Shown: one piece after another, positions 24,801 through 35,084 of the stretch
How positions within the stretch are numbered: the stretch's first letter is position 1
Layout of the letters: every line of letters begins with the position of its first letter
Assembly (NCBI GenBank): GCA_004431415.1
Contig: QPMI01000453.1
Location: forward strand, 372,001 to 436,000
Origin: Cyanophora paradoxa CCMP329
Taxonomy: Eukaryota; Plantae; Glaucophyta
DNA length: 64,000 bases
Direction: 5' to 3'
Made by a program: the position numbers and the translations under genes
Notes under the pieces: generated by a model
What the model saw: the letters and a program-made list of their open reading frames with translations, nothing else
What the model was told of the DNA's origin: nothing
Database searches by the model: none

Positions 24801-25237
24801 CCTTCGCGCTGGGCCCGCCGGCCCCCGCCTCGCGGTCCGTCGTGACGGACCCGCCGTCGGACTCCGTAACAATGCCGAGCCGCCGCGCCCGCTCGGATTC
24901 GCTCGTGACCGCCCGATGCGGGCCCCGCCGCCCCTCAACATCGACCCGCCCTCCCCCGTCGACGTCCCCCGCCCGCACGCATCGACGGCGGCGGCGGCGG
25001 CGCCGCCGCCGCCGCCGCCGCTCGAGCTTCTCTCTGTCGCGACGCTCGGCCCCGACCGTGGCGACCCGGACTCGGACAACGTCGGCCACGGCCCCGAGGC
25101 CGCGCCGGCGCCGGCACCGGCACCGGCGCCAGCCGCGAAGACTGATTCGGAGACGGAGGCGCCCGCGTCCGCCAAGTCGCCCCGGCTTCAGTCGCGGCTG
25201 GACATGGAGCCGGAATTCGAGCTGCCCGGGGCCGACC

Positions 25238-25278
<41 letters not shown>

Positions 25279-27398
25279 GCAGACGCGGATGTTCCCGGCG
25301 CCGCCGCGCGATCCCGGGAGCGGGCCCTGGCCGCCCCGGCGTCCATGCCGGCGCTCACGGGGCGCGATCGCGGGAGGCCCCCCGCCCGGCGCCGCCGCCG
25401 CCGCCGCCGCCGCCGGCGGCGGCTCCGGAGTTGGCGGCGCCCGAGCCCCGCGCCCGCCGCGGCGCCCGCCGGCGCCGGCGCCGCGGCCGACCGCGACGCG
25501 CGGCCGCAGCAGCGGAGCCTGGAGGTCCTAATCGCAGGTGCGTTCGAACGCGACCCCGTCCCTTTAAGAAGCCTTAATCATACCGATATGTACGTGAATA
25601 AATATCGGACTTCAAGAGATCTAAATTAGCTTCTTGATCGATTTCCCCGATCCCGAGATCTAGAGCAGCGCTAGCTTTAGCGTCGGAGTTGATGTTACAC
25701 GACTCCACTGACCTCCGGGATCCGCCGCAGACGACAATCAGATGAACCGGCGCGTGCTGAAGGCGCTCCTGAGCCGCGAGGGTCACCACGTCCGTACCCC
25801 CCGCTTTCCCCCCCCCTGCTTCTATCAGCTTATAATAGTTGATTGGCTTCGAATTCGAGCTATCTTATTATTGAGCCTGAATCCTTTGATTTCGTTAGGT
25901 GCACGTTGCTGAGGACGGGCTGGAGGCGCTGCGGCTCTTCGAGGGCCGATGCAGGTTCGATATTTCATTCTATGGGCGCTGTTGATAAGATTCGACCTCT
26001 CGTTCGAATTCTTTCTATCAAAATAGCGCTTCTTTCTTCAAATGCCTCTCTTGTACAATACCTCCTAGCTATAGGCGAGCCTGATCATGACGCCCCGCCC
26101 CCCGCCCCCGCAGGTCCCGAGCCCGAGCCCGAGCGGCGGACGAGGCCGAGTCCGGCGCCAAAGCCGACGCCGACGCCGCCGCCGGGGCCCTTCCGGGCGA
26201 CCCCGACCTCGGATCCCGTGGCGGCCTTCCCGGCCGCAGCGGACCCGTCTTCGACGTCGTTTTTATGTGCGTGGCCGGGCGTCTTTAATTTGTGTCTCGC
26301 TTACATCATTTCATCCCGCTGACAGTCTGTATGTCCCTCACTGACACGCAGGGATGGTGCAGACACGCCCGCCCACGCCCTGACACAATATCCAACCAGC
26401 TTTGACTTCCGTCCTAATCTATCTGCAGTGAACATGCCGCGCATGGACGGATTGGAGGCGACGCGCCGAATCCGCGCGCTCGAGCGTGAGCTGCGCCAGC
26501 AGGCGCGGGCGCCGGCCGCGGCCCCGCTCGCCCCGTGCCCCGTCGTCGCGTGCACTGCCCTCTCCTCGTCCCAAGGTGCGCCCGATCGCGAGGCGGGTGG
26601 GAGTTTTTTTGCAAAAGTGGACGTCGCATTGATACACCACGGCACATGTATCAATGGTCTACGTGACGTGCCCTTCCGACCGGTCATCTATCTAGCTGAG
26701 CGAGGCGGGTGGGAGCGCGGGTCTGGATTTAGAGCATAAGTCTAGATCTCCAGTACATTCCAAACTGCAGCTTAAGGGCGGGTCTGCAGCTTAAGCCTCA
26801 AGCTTCCAGTCTTAGACTTCCAGTTTTATCAAGACCCGCCCCGAGCTCAGGACGCTGATGGCTCGAGGCGACACTGACGCGGCTTGGATGCGCGCGCGCG
26901 CCGTTCAGACCACGCCAACGCGATTGCGGCCGGCATGACCGACCTCATCGGTGCGCTTTTGATAGATAGGTCCTTGCACTAGATCTAGAGCCTCACGCTG
27001 AGAAGCTTTTAATTCAAACTCGTCAATTCAAGCATCCCATTTCAAGCTCGTGCTTGAGCTTCGTCGTTGTTCCACGACTGACGCCGCGAAAACCGTATCC
27101 GCAAAAATCGCAATTCGCAGTGAAACCGGTGACCCGGAGCGCCCTCGTCTCAGCGCTGTCCAAGTGGTGCGGCGCGACCGCCCCGTCCCCGGCGCCGGGC
27201 ATCCAGTCGGGCTTCCTCCTCCTGGCGCCCCCCGAGTCGGCGCCGAACCTATCGGTCCCGTCCACGTACCCCCCCTCCTCCGGGTTCCGCCGCTACTCGG
27301 CGGACCCCGAGCTCGAGTCCGGCCCCGGCGGGCGGCGAGGCGCGATCGGCAGCGAGCCAGGCACTATCCGCCGGCCCAGCGCCCCGCCGCCGTTCTAG
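15900..27398 (+). CDS. Membrane-bound hybrid histidine kinase: TM - Cache-like sensor - TM - HAMP - HisKA - HATPase - REC - REC (extra upstream exons from ~15223 possible)
   Basis: TM1 SIRFLMVIVTVLEVGVAVACSWAI; sensor motifs FADGTVYG and PRSFYHDAV...W; TM2/HAMP VAIFLGLRITKPLVSLRRSMVQLA. H-box FISTMSHEMRT|PLNGIIGM (His codon 20703); N-box QCLLNLVSNAVKYT; G1 VSDTGPGI; F-box LFTRFYR; G2 GGTGLGLAISK. REC1 ILVVEDNEMN...DVVFMDCSMPVMDG...ALTGHA...LTKP; REC2 VLIADDNQMN...DVVFMDVNMPRMDG...ACTA...VKP. Stop TAG at 27398. Confidence 0.93.
23964..23968 (+). other. 5-nt microexon GGACG in REC1 of the histidine kinase
   Basis: ...CCC GTC AT|gtgcg...cag|G GAC G|gtgag...cag|GT TTC GAG gives MPVM-D-G-FEAT and is required for the frame. 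Confidence 0.85.
26352..26356 (+). other. 5-nt microexon GGATG encoding the phosphoacceptor Asp of REC2
   Basis: GTT TTT AT|gtgcg...ctgacacgcag|G GAT G|gtgcag...ctgcag|TG AAC ATG CCG gives VVFM-D-V-NMP and is required for the frame. Confidence 0.85.
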
Positions 27399-27435
27399 AT
27401 CTAGATTGCCGGGCCGGTATCTTCATCTGGATCTG

Positions 27436-27716
27436 TGTCGCGTGCGAGATTAGTGTGTCTAATCGTGCGCGCGGGAAGCCCGTGCGGAGTGCAAGCTCGG
27501 CAGGGCGGGGAATGGCGAGTGTCGCTGCTGTCGTCGCTAAGATCCAACTCACTGGGTGTACCCGTCCAGATACGGCGTACCCCGACACGAATACAAGTGA
27601 CCGCGGCGCTCTAACTAGCCTAGGCGCCGTCGGTCCAGCAGCTCGAAGGCTGACGTGATCTAGAGCCCTAGCGGCTCACATATAAATGAGCATCCGCTAT
27701 AATGTCGGATGCGACA
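27436..27716 (-). repeat. 3' LTR (281 bp)
   Basis: Identical to 32536-32816, with TG...CA ends and a 6-bp terminal inverted repeat. Confidence 0.97.
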
Positions 27717-27728
27717 ACTCCTCCTCTC
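27717..27728 (-). promoter_or_regulatory. Polypurine tract
   Basis: The minus strand reads GAGAGGAGGAGT immediately before the 3' LTR. Confidence 0.85.
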
Positions 27729-30269
27729 GGATCCCGCGTCCGCGCGGGTCTAAATAAATACATATCAACCGGCTACTGCCGGGAATCGAAAAAGGCTCAA
27801 CGTCCGTCCGTGCCGGCAACTGCCGGGAATAGAAAAGACACCAAGTCCGGCTATGTACATGTCCATGCCCGGCGTCGACTGCCGGGAATAGAAAAGACTG
27901 ATGCCGGCAAGTGCCGGCACGACTCCAGCGTGTAGTGCCCAGGGGGCGAGGTCCAACTTCGGGCCGGCGGCCCAGGCAACCCGCACGAGGCGAGCGGAAG
28001 GGGACGGAAGCCGAGGGGGCCCTGCCCTCATCGCGATTGTGCAGCACGTTAGCTGCAAAGGCACACGCTGCAACAGCAACGCGGGGCGCAGCGCTCGCGA
28101 CAGCGCTCAGCAGCCCACAGCGAAATGCCCGTCCAAAACTTAGGGCTAAGCAGCTCGACTAGCGCCGCTGCTCAGGCAAACACCGTGCCTTCACTGCATT
28201 ATCACGGCGTCGGATCGGGAATCCCCCGACGGCGGTGGAGCTAGAATCTCCAGGGCGAGGCTAGACGCCGCCCACAAGGTGCCCTTCCACGCCATTGCGC
28301 GACGGGAGGTACCCTGCCCGACCCGCGGGTGCACATCTATTAAAAGGGGACGTGGCCCTCTCAGGCGGTCCGCCACCAAGCGTCCCTGGTGCGGAGCCCT
28401 GCTGGGGGTATTTTTGCTTCCCCGTCGTCGTACCCGGGGCAGGAACCCGGCGTCACGACCGCCTGCGTGTACCCCTGCCGGCGCAAGGCGCGCCCTGGTA
28501 CCACACCAGGTCTTACACGGAGGGGGAATTTGTCATCCCCTGTCGCTGTACCCGGGGCAGAACCCGGCGTCACAGCCGCCCACCGACCCTTCTGCAGACG
28601 CAAGGCGCGTCCTAGGGCTCGGCTAGGTCTTTGCAAGGGTCTTCCGCCCTGTCACCGTGCCGAGCTGTGCTCAAGGACAACGGCCGCCCGCAGCGCACCA
28701 CTTCTGCTCGGGACTTTCGCGATATTTCGCGGGCGCTTGGCCCTTCTCAGCCCAACCCTTCACGGGTGGCCTCTTGTGCTCGCTCTGCTCGGAGGCAGGC
28801 ATCGCCGCTTCTTGTCCTCGCCCTCGTGTGGGCCGGGACGCGGCTTGGAGCCGGCTTTCTCAAGCCGCTCCTGGCCAGGACCACCCGCCGTCACGACCGC
28901 GCCCTGGGCCGGGCCGGCCACATGCGAGACGAGACTCACGATCGTGGGGTCCTTCTGGCGCCGCCTCAACAGGCTGGCCGCCGGGTCTCAAAGCTCTTAG
29001 CTTGTGAGCAGGGCTCGCAGCCCGTCGCACCACTCGGCCTGCAGCCACAGTGTGCCGCCTGGATGCCAACTCGTCGGGCAGTTCACCAGGTCTTTGGGCG
29101 GGGCACTGGGCCCCTCGCCCCGCTAACGTTCAGTCCGGATCCGATGATCCCGGAACAGACCCGCGCGGCCTGGGCGCCAACTTGGCGGGCGTCACCAGGA
29201 CTTGAGTTCAAAGAACTGCAAAGCTCATGGCAGAGCCTGCTATTGCCTGGCCGCCTCGGGGCGCGCCAGGACTTTATTTCAGGGCTCGAGCTCTCGAGGG
29301 CACCTTGTGCTCAAGCTCGGAGGCTCACGATTTTTGCAGGGGCTCACGGGCCGCCTGTCAAGCTCACGGCATGCCATCAGGCGCTCGCCGGCTGGGCATC
29401 GTGCCTCAGGCATATATGCATCAAGCTTCTCTTGAGGGTGCATCCCGAGCTCAAGGCTCCGTGGATCACGTCTCATCTCGCAACGGCAGCAAGGCCGCTT
29501 GCTCGCTCAAGTGTGGGGGTTCGAGCTCAAAGCCTCCCGCGAGGGCCAGCTGCAGCTGCAGCTTGGCGGCTCGGCTCATGATCAGGCTCAAGCCTTTGAA
29601 GCTCTGACCGCAAGGCCTGAGGCCACTTTTAATTTCTGGATTTCGCAAGGCCCATGGCCGCACTCAGCAACTGCAGTGCGCCGCGCGAAATCGCAGGCTT
29701 TCGACGAGAGAGTCTCGGAGGACTCCTCCTCTCGGAAAGACTGGTACCCGCTTGGGTTTGAGATCAGATCTCGGCCACCGGCCACGGATCTAAATTGAGG
29801 GAAGCAGGAGGGCTCGCAATTGCGGCACCGGCCGTGGCGCCTCTTCGCAGGCTTCAGCGAAAGAGGTACTCCTCCTCTCGGAAAGAGGGGCACCCGTGGC
29901 CGCTCAGGGTGCTCGAAAGCACGCGATTGGGGCTCTTCTTTCGCGAGTGCTATTCGATCTTGGCCAGCGGCCACAGATTCAAGCAAGCCTCGGGGCGGAG
30001 GGCGAGCGGCAGCGCTTGCACTGCTCGTGCAGCATGCCCGTGCTCACTCCTCCTCTCGGAAGACGTCGTCCCCGACGTCTGAAATTATGTACAAATGTAC
30101 AAATATACACCCTGCTCAGAGGCAGGTATATGGGCCGCTTATTACAGCGACACATGGGGCTCTCGCAGGGGAGGCCCAGGCTCCGCGAAAAATCGGATCG
30201 CGGTTACGAGCAGGGCTTTTCTGGCGGCTGCCCAAGCCAGCCAGACCCTAGTGCAGCTGGTGCACTTGC

Positions 30270-31757
30270 TCACTCACGCTCCGCCGCAGGGCGCGCGGGT
30301 GGAGCCGCTGAGCTAGAGGGCGCGGGAAGCGCAGAGCTCGAGCGAGCAGCCCGTGTGGGGGGGTCGGGGCAGGCACTGTGGTGGTGCCCTGCCTCGCCGC
30401 AGCGACCGCAGACTTCGTCTGGGTCCTGGTTTCCCTCGTCGGACCAGTACTCGTGCTTGTTGGCAGCATCCTCTTGGGATCGCTTTTGCCGATAGTACTG
30501 GCCGCGGCGGACCCAGGGGCGTACTGGGGCGAACGGGGTGCGCTTGGGGCACACATTTGCCCAATGACGTCGCGCCTCAACGGGGACGCTGGGGTCATCC
30601 GAGCACCCGTAGCAGTCTGAGGGGGGGTACTCCGGGTACCCGAGCTCGGACATGCGCCGCAGCACCTCCGCAACAGCGGCAGGCGAGCGGGACTGCACGG
30701 CCCAAGAGGACCCACGTGCAGAAATCGAGGGCTGGGCCGTGGAATTTGCATCCCGAGGCTCAGCAGGGCCAAGGGAGCTCGAGGCTCGTGCAGCGGCAGG
30801 GGTGCCGGCGGACGAGGACTCATCCTCGGCAAACTGTGCCTGCAGGATACGGGTCCGTTTTGCCTCGGGCAGCTCGCGATCGGCAGCTGCCAGCGCAGGC
30901 GGGAACACGGCGCGGCAGCCGTGGCGCTTGCACTGCTCGACGAAAATATTGTCAAGCTCAAGCGGCGAGATAGCGCCGTTATTGGCGAGGAGGCGCTGCC
31001 GCAGCGCCGTGAGGAACTCGCGCAGCGTGCGCTCGTTCGCCTGGGCGAACCCGGCCATCCGAACATCAAGGTTCTGATATTCAGGGTCCTCGCTCGTCGA
31101 GCGGGCCTCGAGCGCGGTGCGCAGGCAGTCCGCGTAGTACGCAGCAAACTGCTGGCCCGCGGCAGCGTGTGCCGTACGAGGGCAAGAACCAGTCATGCCA
31201 CGAGCGGGGGTCCTCGCCCGTGTACGGCTCAGTGAGAGCCCGGCGGGCCGCGTGCGGGCGGGTCTCGTGAATCCACGCAGTGATCGTGTCAAGCAGCCCG
31301 GGGGCACGCAAGTACGAGTCGCGCACGGCCACGATTGAGGCCTGATCACGCACGCAGCTCTGCTGCAGCGCGAGGATAGCAGCATCATCCTCGGCGGACC
31401 GCAGGTCTGCCGGGACAGCTTCGAGACGAGCGAGCCTGGCGCGGTCATCATGGCATGCTCGAGGGCAGTGACAGAGGCCTCATAGAGGTCGCGCTTGCGC
31501 TCAATCTCAGCGCGGAGAGGTCCGGGGCGGATCCGCCCGACAATCACTCCGGCTAGCGCCTCTGACTTTGAGTACTCCTGGCTACCGGCAGAATCCGGGC
31601 CAAACAAGTACTTCGTCGGCAGGGACGACTGGAAGTTCCGCACGTCCTTCCGGAACCGGTCGCCATCGGCGAGGCGCGGATTTGCAGGCAGGAATGCGAT
31701 CCGCACGGGATCATCATCCGCCGCAGCGGAGCCAGCAGCGAGTTGCTGCACATGCAC
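30270..31757 (-). CDS. Gag-like protein with zinc knuckle(s), probably carrying compensating frameshifts
   Basis: The 495-aa ORF has C-x2-C-x4-H-x4-C (CGRCGEAGHHHSAC) and a variant CYGC-x12-H-x4-C. The segment ~31440-31160 reads more protein-like in another frame (ARLARLEAVPADL...DTITAWIHE). The start may be the ATG at 31846 in a different frame. Confidence 0.75.
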   Translation of the reverse strand: MHVQQLAAGSAAADDDPVRIAFLPANPRLADGDRFRKDVRNFQSSLPTKYLFGPDSAGSQEYSKSEALAGVIVGRIRPGPLRAEIERKRDLYEASVTALEHAMMTAPGSLVSKLSRQTCGPPRMMLLSSRCSRAACVIRPQSWPCATRTCVPPGCLTRSLRGFTRPARTRPAGLSLSRTRARTPARGMTGSCPRTAHAAAGQQFAAYYADCLRTALEARSTSEDPEYQNLDVRMAGFAQANERTLREFLTALRQRLLANNGAISPLELDNIFVEQCKRHGCRAVFPPALAAADRELPEAKRTRILQAQFAEDESSSAGTPAAARASSSLGPAEPRDANSTAQPSISARGSSWAVQSRSPAAVAEVLRRMSELGYPEYPPSDCYGCSDDPSVPVEARRHWANVCPKRTPFAPVRPWVRRGQYYRQKRSQEDAANKHEYWSDEGNQDPDEVCGRCGEAGHHHSACPDPPTRAARSSSALPAPSSSAAPPARPAAERE

Positions 31758-32383
31758 AGCAGCATAGCCCTGGCGGGCTCGATGTGCGCGAGGGCAGACA
31801 GCCGGCTACGGACTTCAGAACTGATCAGTTCAGAAGTGTTCGACATATTGCTCTCTTTGCAGCGTATAGCCACGAGAACAGAATGCCAGGGCGCAAGATT
31901 TGATCTGCAGCGCACTGCAGATCCGGGACACGGTCTTCTCGTGGCGTGCGAGAACCGACTCAGGGACACTCAGAGAACTGCCGCTGGCAGACTCCGGGGC
32001 ACAGTTTGCGACGCGAAGCGTGCAACCGGCGAAGGGACACAGACAATGATTGAGACTCTCGCGAGAGCTCGTGCGTGCGCTTCGGTCTGGGGATGCACCG
32101 AAGCCCGCGAGGGACACTAGAGTCACTTCCGAAGCACAATCAGCCCGCCCAGAGGCGACGCGGCCGAAGTGTGCAGCGTAGCACGCCACAAGTGGCGGTC
32201 GCCCGGAAAGCTCGTCCCAGATCTCTCTAAGCTTATGCGGGGCGGCGCGGCGAGGCGCGCGGCGCGGGCAGAGCCTGGAAGTCCAGCGACCCTTGAAGGT
32301 TCGATTCCGGCAGAATGGCGCCTGTCGCGTGCGAGATTGCAGTGGCGCACCAGGCGCCGAGACGCGAGTCTCACATCGGAACG

Positions 32384-32457
32384 GCCCTCTTGGCTCAGTT
32401 GGTAGAGCTGTTGCTCTACGAGCCAAGATCCCCGGTTCGGATCCCGCGGACGGGATT
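32384..32457 (+). ncRNA. Degenerate tRNA-like cassette (A box, near-B box) inside the LTR element leader
   Basis: TGGCTCAGTTGGTAGAGC (A box and D arm) and GGTTCGGATCC (B-like box) sit at tRNA spacing. The acceptor stem pairs 5/7 and TAC occupies the anticodon position. The cassette is flanked by TCGGAACGG direct repeats. Confidence 0.6.
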
Positions 32458-32517
32458 TCGGAACGGAGGGGGAAGAGGCCGGGGGCGCGTTGTAAAAGAG
32501 AGCTCAAGCTCGATCAA

Positions 32518-32535
32518 ATTCCCGGCAGTGGCGCC
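32518..32535 (-). promoter_or_regulatory. Primer-binding site, tRNA-Asp(GTC)-like
   Basis: The minus strand reads GGCGCCACTGCCGGGAAT directly after the LTR's CA. Its complement ...TTCCCGGCAGTGGCG-CC parallels the 3' end of plant-type tRNA-Asp (CCCCGGCAACGGCG-CCA, recalled from memory). Confidence 0.7.
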
Positions 32536-32816
32536 TGTCGCGTGCGAGATTAGTGTGTCTAATCGTGCGCGCGGGAAGCCCGTGCGGAGTGCAAGCTCGG
32601 CAGGGCGGGGAATGGCGAGTGTCGCTGCTGTCGTCGCTAAGATCCAACTCACTGGGTGTACCCGTCCAGATACGGCGTACCCCGACACGAATACAAGTGA
32701 CCGCGGCGCTCTAACTAGCCTAGGCGCCGTCGGTCCAGCAGCTCGAAGGCTGACGTGATCTAGAGCCCTAGCGGCTCACATATAAATGAGCATCCGCTAT
32801 AATGTCGGATGCGACA
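32536..32816 (-). repeat. 5' LTR (281 bp)
   Basis: Identical to 27436-27716 and followed on the minus strand by the PBS. Confidence 0.97.
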
Positions 32817-34099
32817 ATCTGACTTAAAATAATAATAGACAAATTTAATTTACATGCACTTTTTGTGTACTTGGTGAGCCTGCACAATCGGCGGAGCTCA
32901 TTGAGTTGCGAAGAAGCTGTAGATTCCCTAGGCTAGGCGCAAATCAGTGCGTACATTACATTTATGTGTACAGTCGGCTAGGTTTTATATGCAAAGCTGT
33001 TTTATCTGCTTTTCCGGATATTGAAGGCATTTTTTTATTTGCTGTTGTACATGTGATACTCTCTTCGTTTACGATACTCGTCAGATTTAGCTTTAAATTT
33101 CCAGTGTAGGCGCAGCTTTTTCAAGTTTAGCCTTCGAACCAAATGCATGCATGTAAATAGATGTCGATTTCAAAGCCGGTGTTATATAATTAGATTCGCA
33201 GTTGGCGTGCCTTGTTTATGTGATTCCATGATGATCGGACGCCGCAGCCTGGCAGTACGCGTACGATTTATAGCTATCTATGTGTGAATTTCAATGTGCG
33301 CCTCGAGCTCCTGCGCATGCAGGACCCGAGAGCCGAATTTTCAATGCAATTGGTACCGGTTCTAGACCAGGCCAGCCCGCGTCACAGGGGGGAGAGGGCG
33401 AGGGGGGGGGGGAGGGGGAGGACCACCGATATCGTGCCTAGCTAAAGCTTAGCGATCGGCCGGCCGCGCGCGGTCCATCGCGAGGCCGGATCGAGGCTTG
33501 AGGGGGCTGCCTCGCGATCGAGGCAGCCGGCGTCACTAGCTATACTGGGCTCGAGTCTGCTTGGCATGCCGTATACATACGTATACGTAGACGAGCGGAC
33601 GAGCCGCGCCGCGCCTCTATAGATCTAGATCTGGTCCGACGGTCCGCTGGAAGGTAACCGCAAATAATAATTCGAAGCTAAGGATCGAACGGCGGAAGGA
33701 TTGAACGTCGGTGCACGTGCCGAAACGCTGGAGGGCGGTGGGAGCATTCGCGATCGGCTTCCCCCCCAGGGCCGCAGCAAGTAAAGAGAACGAGCTCGAG
33801 GAGAATCAGTGGAAGAGCGCAAGGACACATGTACATCCGTCGCGCGAGAACTAGATCAAATTTAAAGCTATAGCTACAGCTACCAGTAGCAAGAAAAAAC
33901 TAAATCAAATTTGAATTCAGAGATCTAGTCGCAGAAGTAGCTTTAGATCAAAGCTACCAACTCTTAGTACCAATTGCAAGTCGGGCCTGCATGCGCAGTT
34001 GGTCACCTAACTTAGAAAGGCGGCAGTCTGCATCCGGAGGAGTTGGCCATGGGGGTAGAGGAGGAGGGAGGCCGCCACGTTGGAGAGGGGGGGGGGGGG

Positions 34100-34760
34100 G
34101 GGGGACGGTCAATGGAGGCCCCGCGGGCCCGGGGGGGTACGAGGCGATGTCCGGGCATCGCCAACATGGGAGATCTAGAAGAGGGGTGGAGGGGCGAATG
34201 CCGGACCGGAAGCGCGGGCGGCGCGGGCGATGATCCTGCATCGGGCCCCCGCAGTGGCGGGCTCGCGATCGCTGGAAGGGGTACGATCGGGATGACTCAG
34301 TGAGCTTAACTTGGGGGTCGCCCCCCTATAGCTACTACTCCGGATTCGTGCCCCAGCCTGGGAACTTGGCGGTCCCGCGGCCCTGGCCCGAGGCCCTGAG
34401 GACACCGGCGCCACGCTGCGGGCCCGGGATCAAATCACATTACTTTGCGTGCGGCGGATCCCGGAGGCTCGAGCCGCGGGGCGGATCAAATGTAGAGATC
34501 AAATCAAATCACTGCGCACTGCTGCTGGAGGAGGAAGTTAACGTTCAACGACGCGAGCTTCTTGTAGGTGGCGGCCAGGACAGGCGCCGAGCCCCTCTGG
34601 TACTCCTGGAGTGCCTCTCGGGACATTTGGACGTCCAGCGCGGCCTCTCCGAGGCGCTCCGCGGAGCCACGGATGCTGTCCTGCTCGACGGGGCGGGCGG
34701 CGGGACGCCGAGTGAGCTCAAGCGCGCGCGCTCTGGATCCGGATCCGGCTGCCACCAGTA
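34100..34760 (-). pseudogene. Orphan diverged copy of the BORCS8 last exon plus 3' flank
   Basis: It translates as DSIRGSAERLGEAALDVQMSREALQEYQRGSAPVLAATYKKLASLNVNFLLQQQCAVI*, nearly identical to 55514-55685. Flank similarity continues to ~56290 on the other copy. Exons 1-2 are missing. Confidence 0.9.
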
Positions 34761-35084
34761 CGTATTCCGCTCTAGATCTGCTCTGCGCATGCCTCCTCCC
34801 CCCCACAGCTGCCCCCCCCCCACCCCACCCCCCCCCCCCCTCCCCCTCCCTCCCGCTGCTGCAGCTGCACGTGGCATAAATCATTTTTTAATCATACCAC
34901 CGCGGCACATAACATCTATCGTAGTATCACAAAGCCAATATTCCACGTATCCAATAACATCAACGCTAGCAAGAATGCTCTGATCACTGAATTCGAAAGT
35001 CTACGAGGTCCCATTGGGCCCACTGGGCCGAGGGGAGAAGAAAAGAAGTTTGTTCGTACTGCTAAAACTGGCTTGCCTGTAAAA

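Larger units (their letters stand above)
27436..32816 (-). mobile_element. Non-autonomous (gag-only) LTR retrotransposon, 5381 bp
   Basis: Two identical 281-bp LTRs (TGTCGC...GCGACA) exactly 5100 bp apart; 5-bp TSD ATCTG at 27431-27435 and 32817-32821. PPT, PBS and a CCHC-containing ORF all lie on the minus strand. No RT, RNase H or integrase motifs were recognised. Confidence 0.95.

Noticed and set aside
32384-32457. Functional tRNA-Val(TAC) gene
   Set aside because: The anticodon and T stems each pair only 3/5, U33 is absent, and there is no T-run terminator. It is kept only as a tRNA-like cassette.
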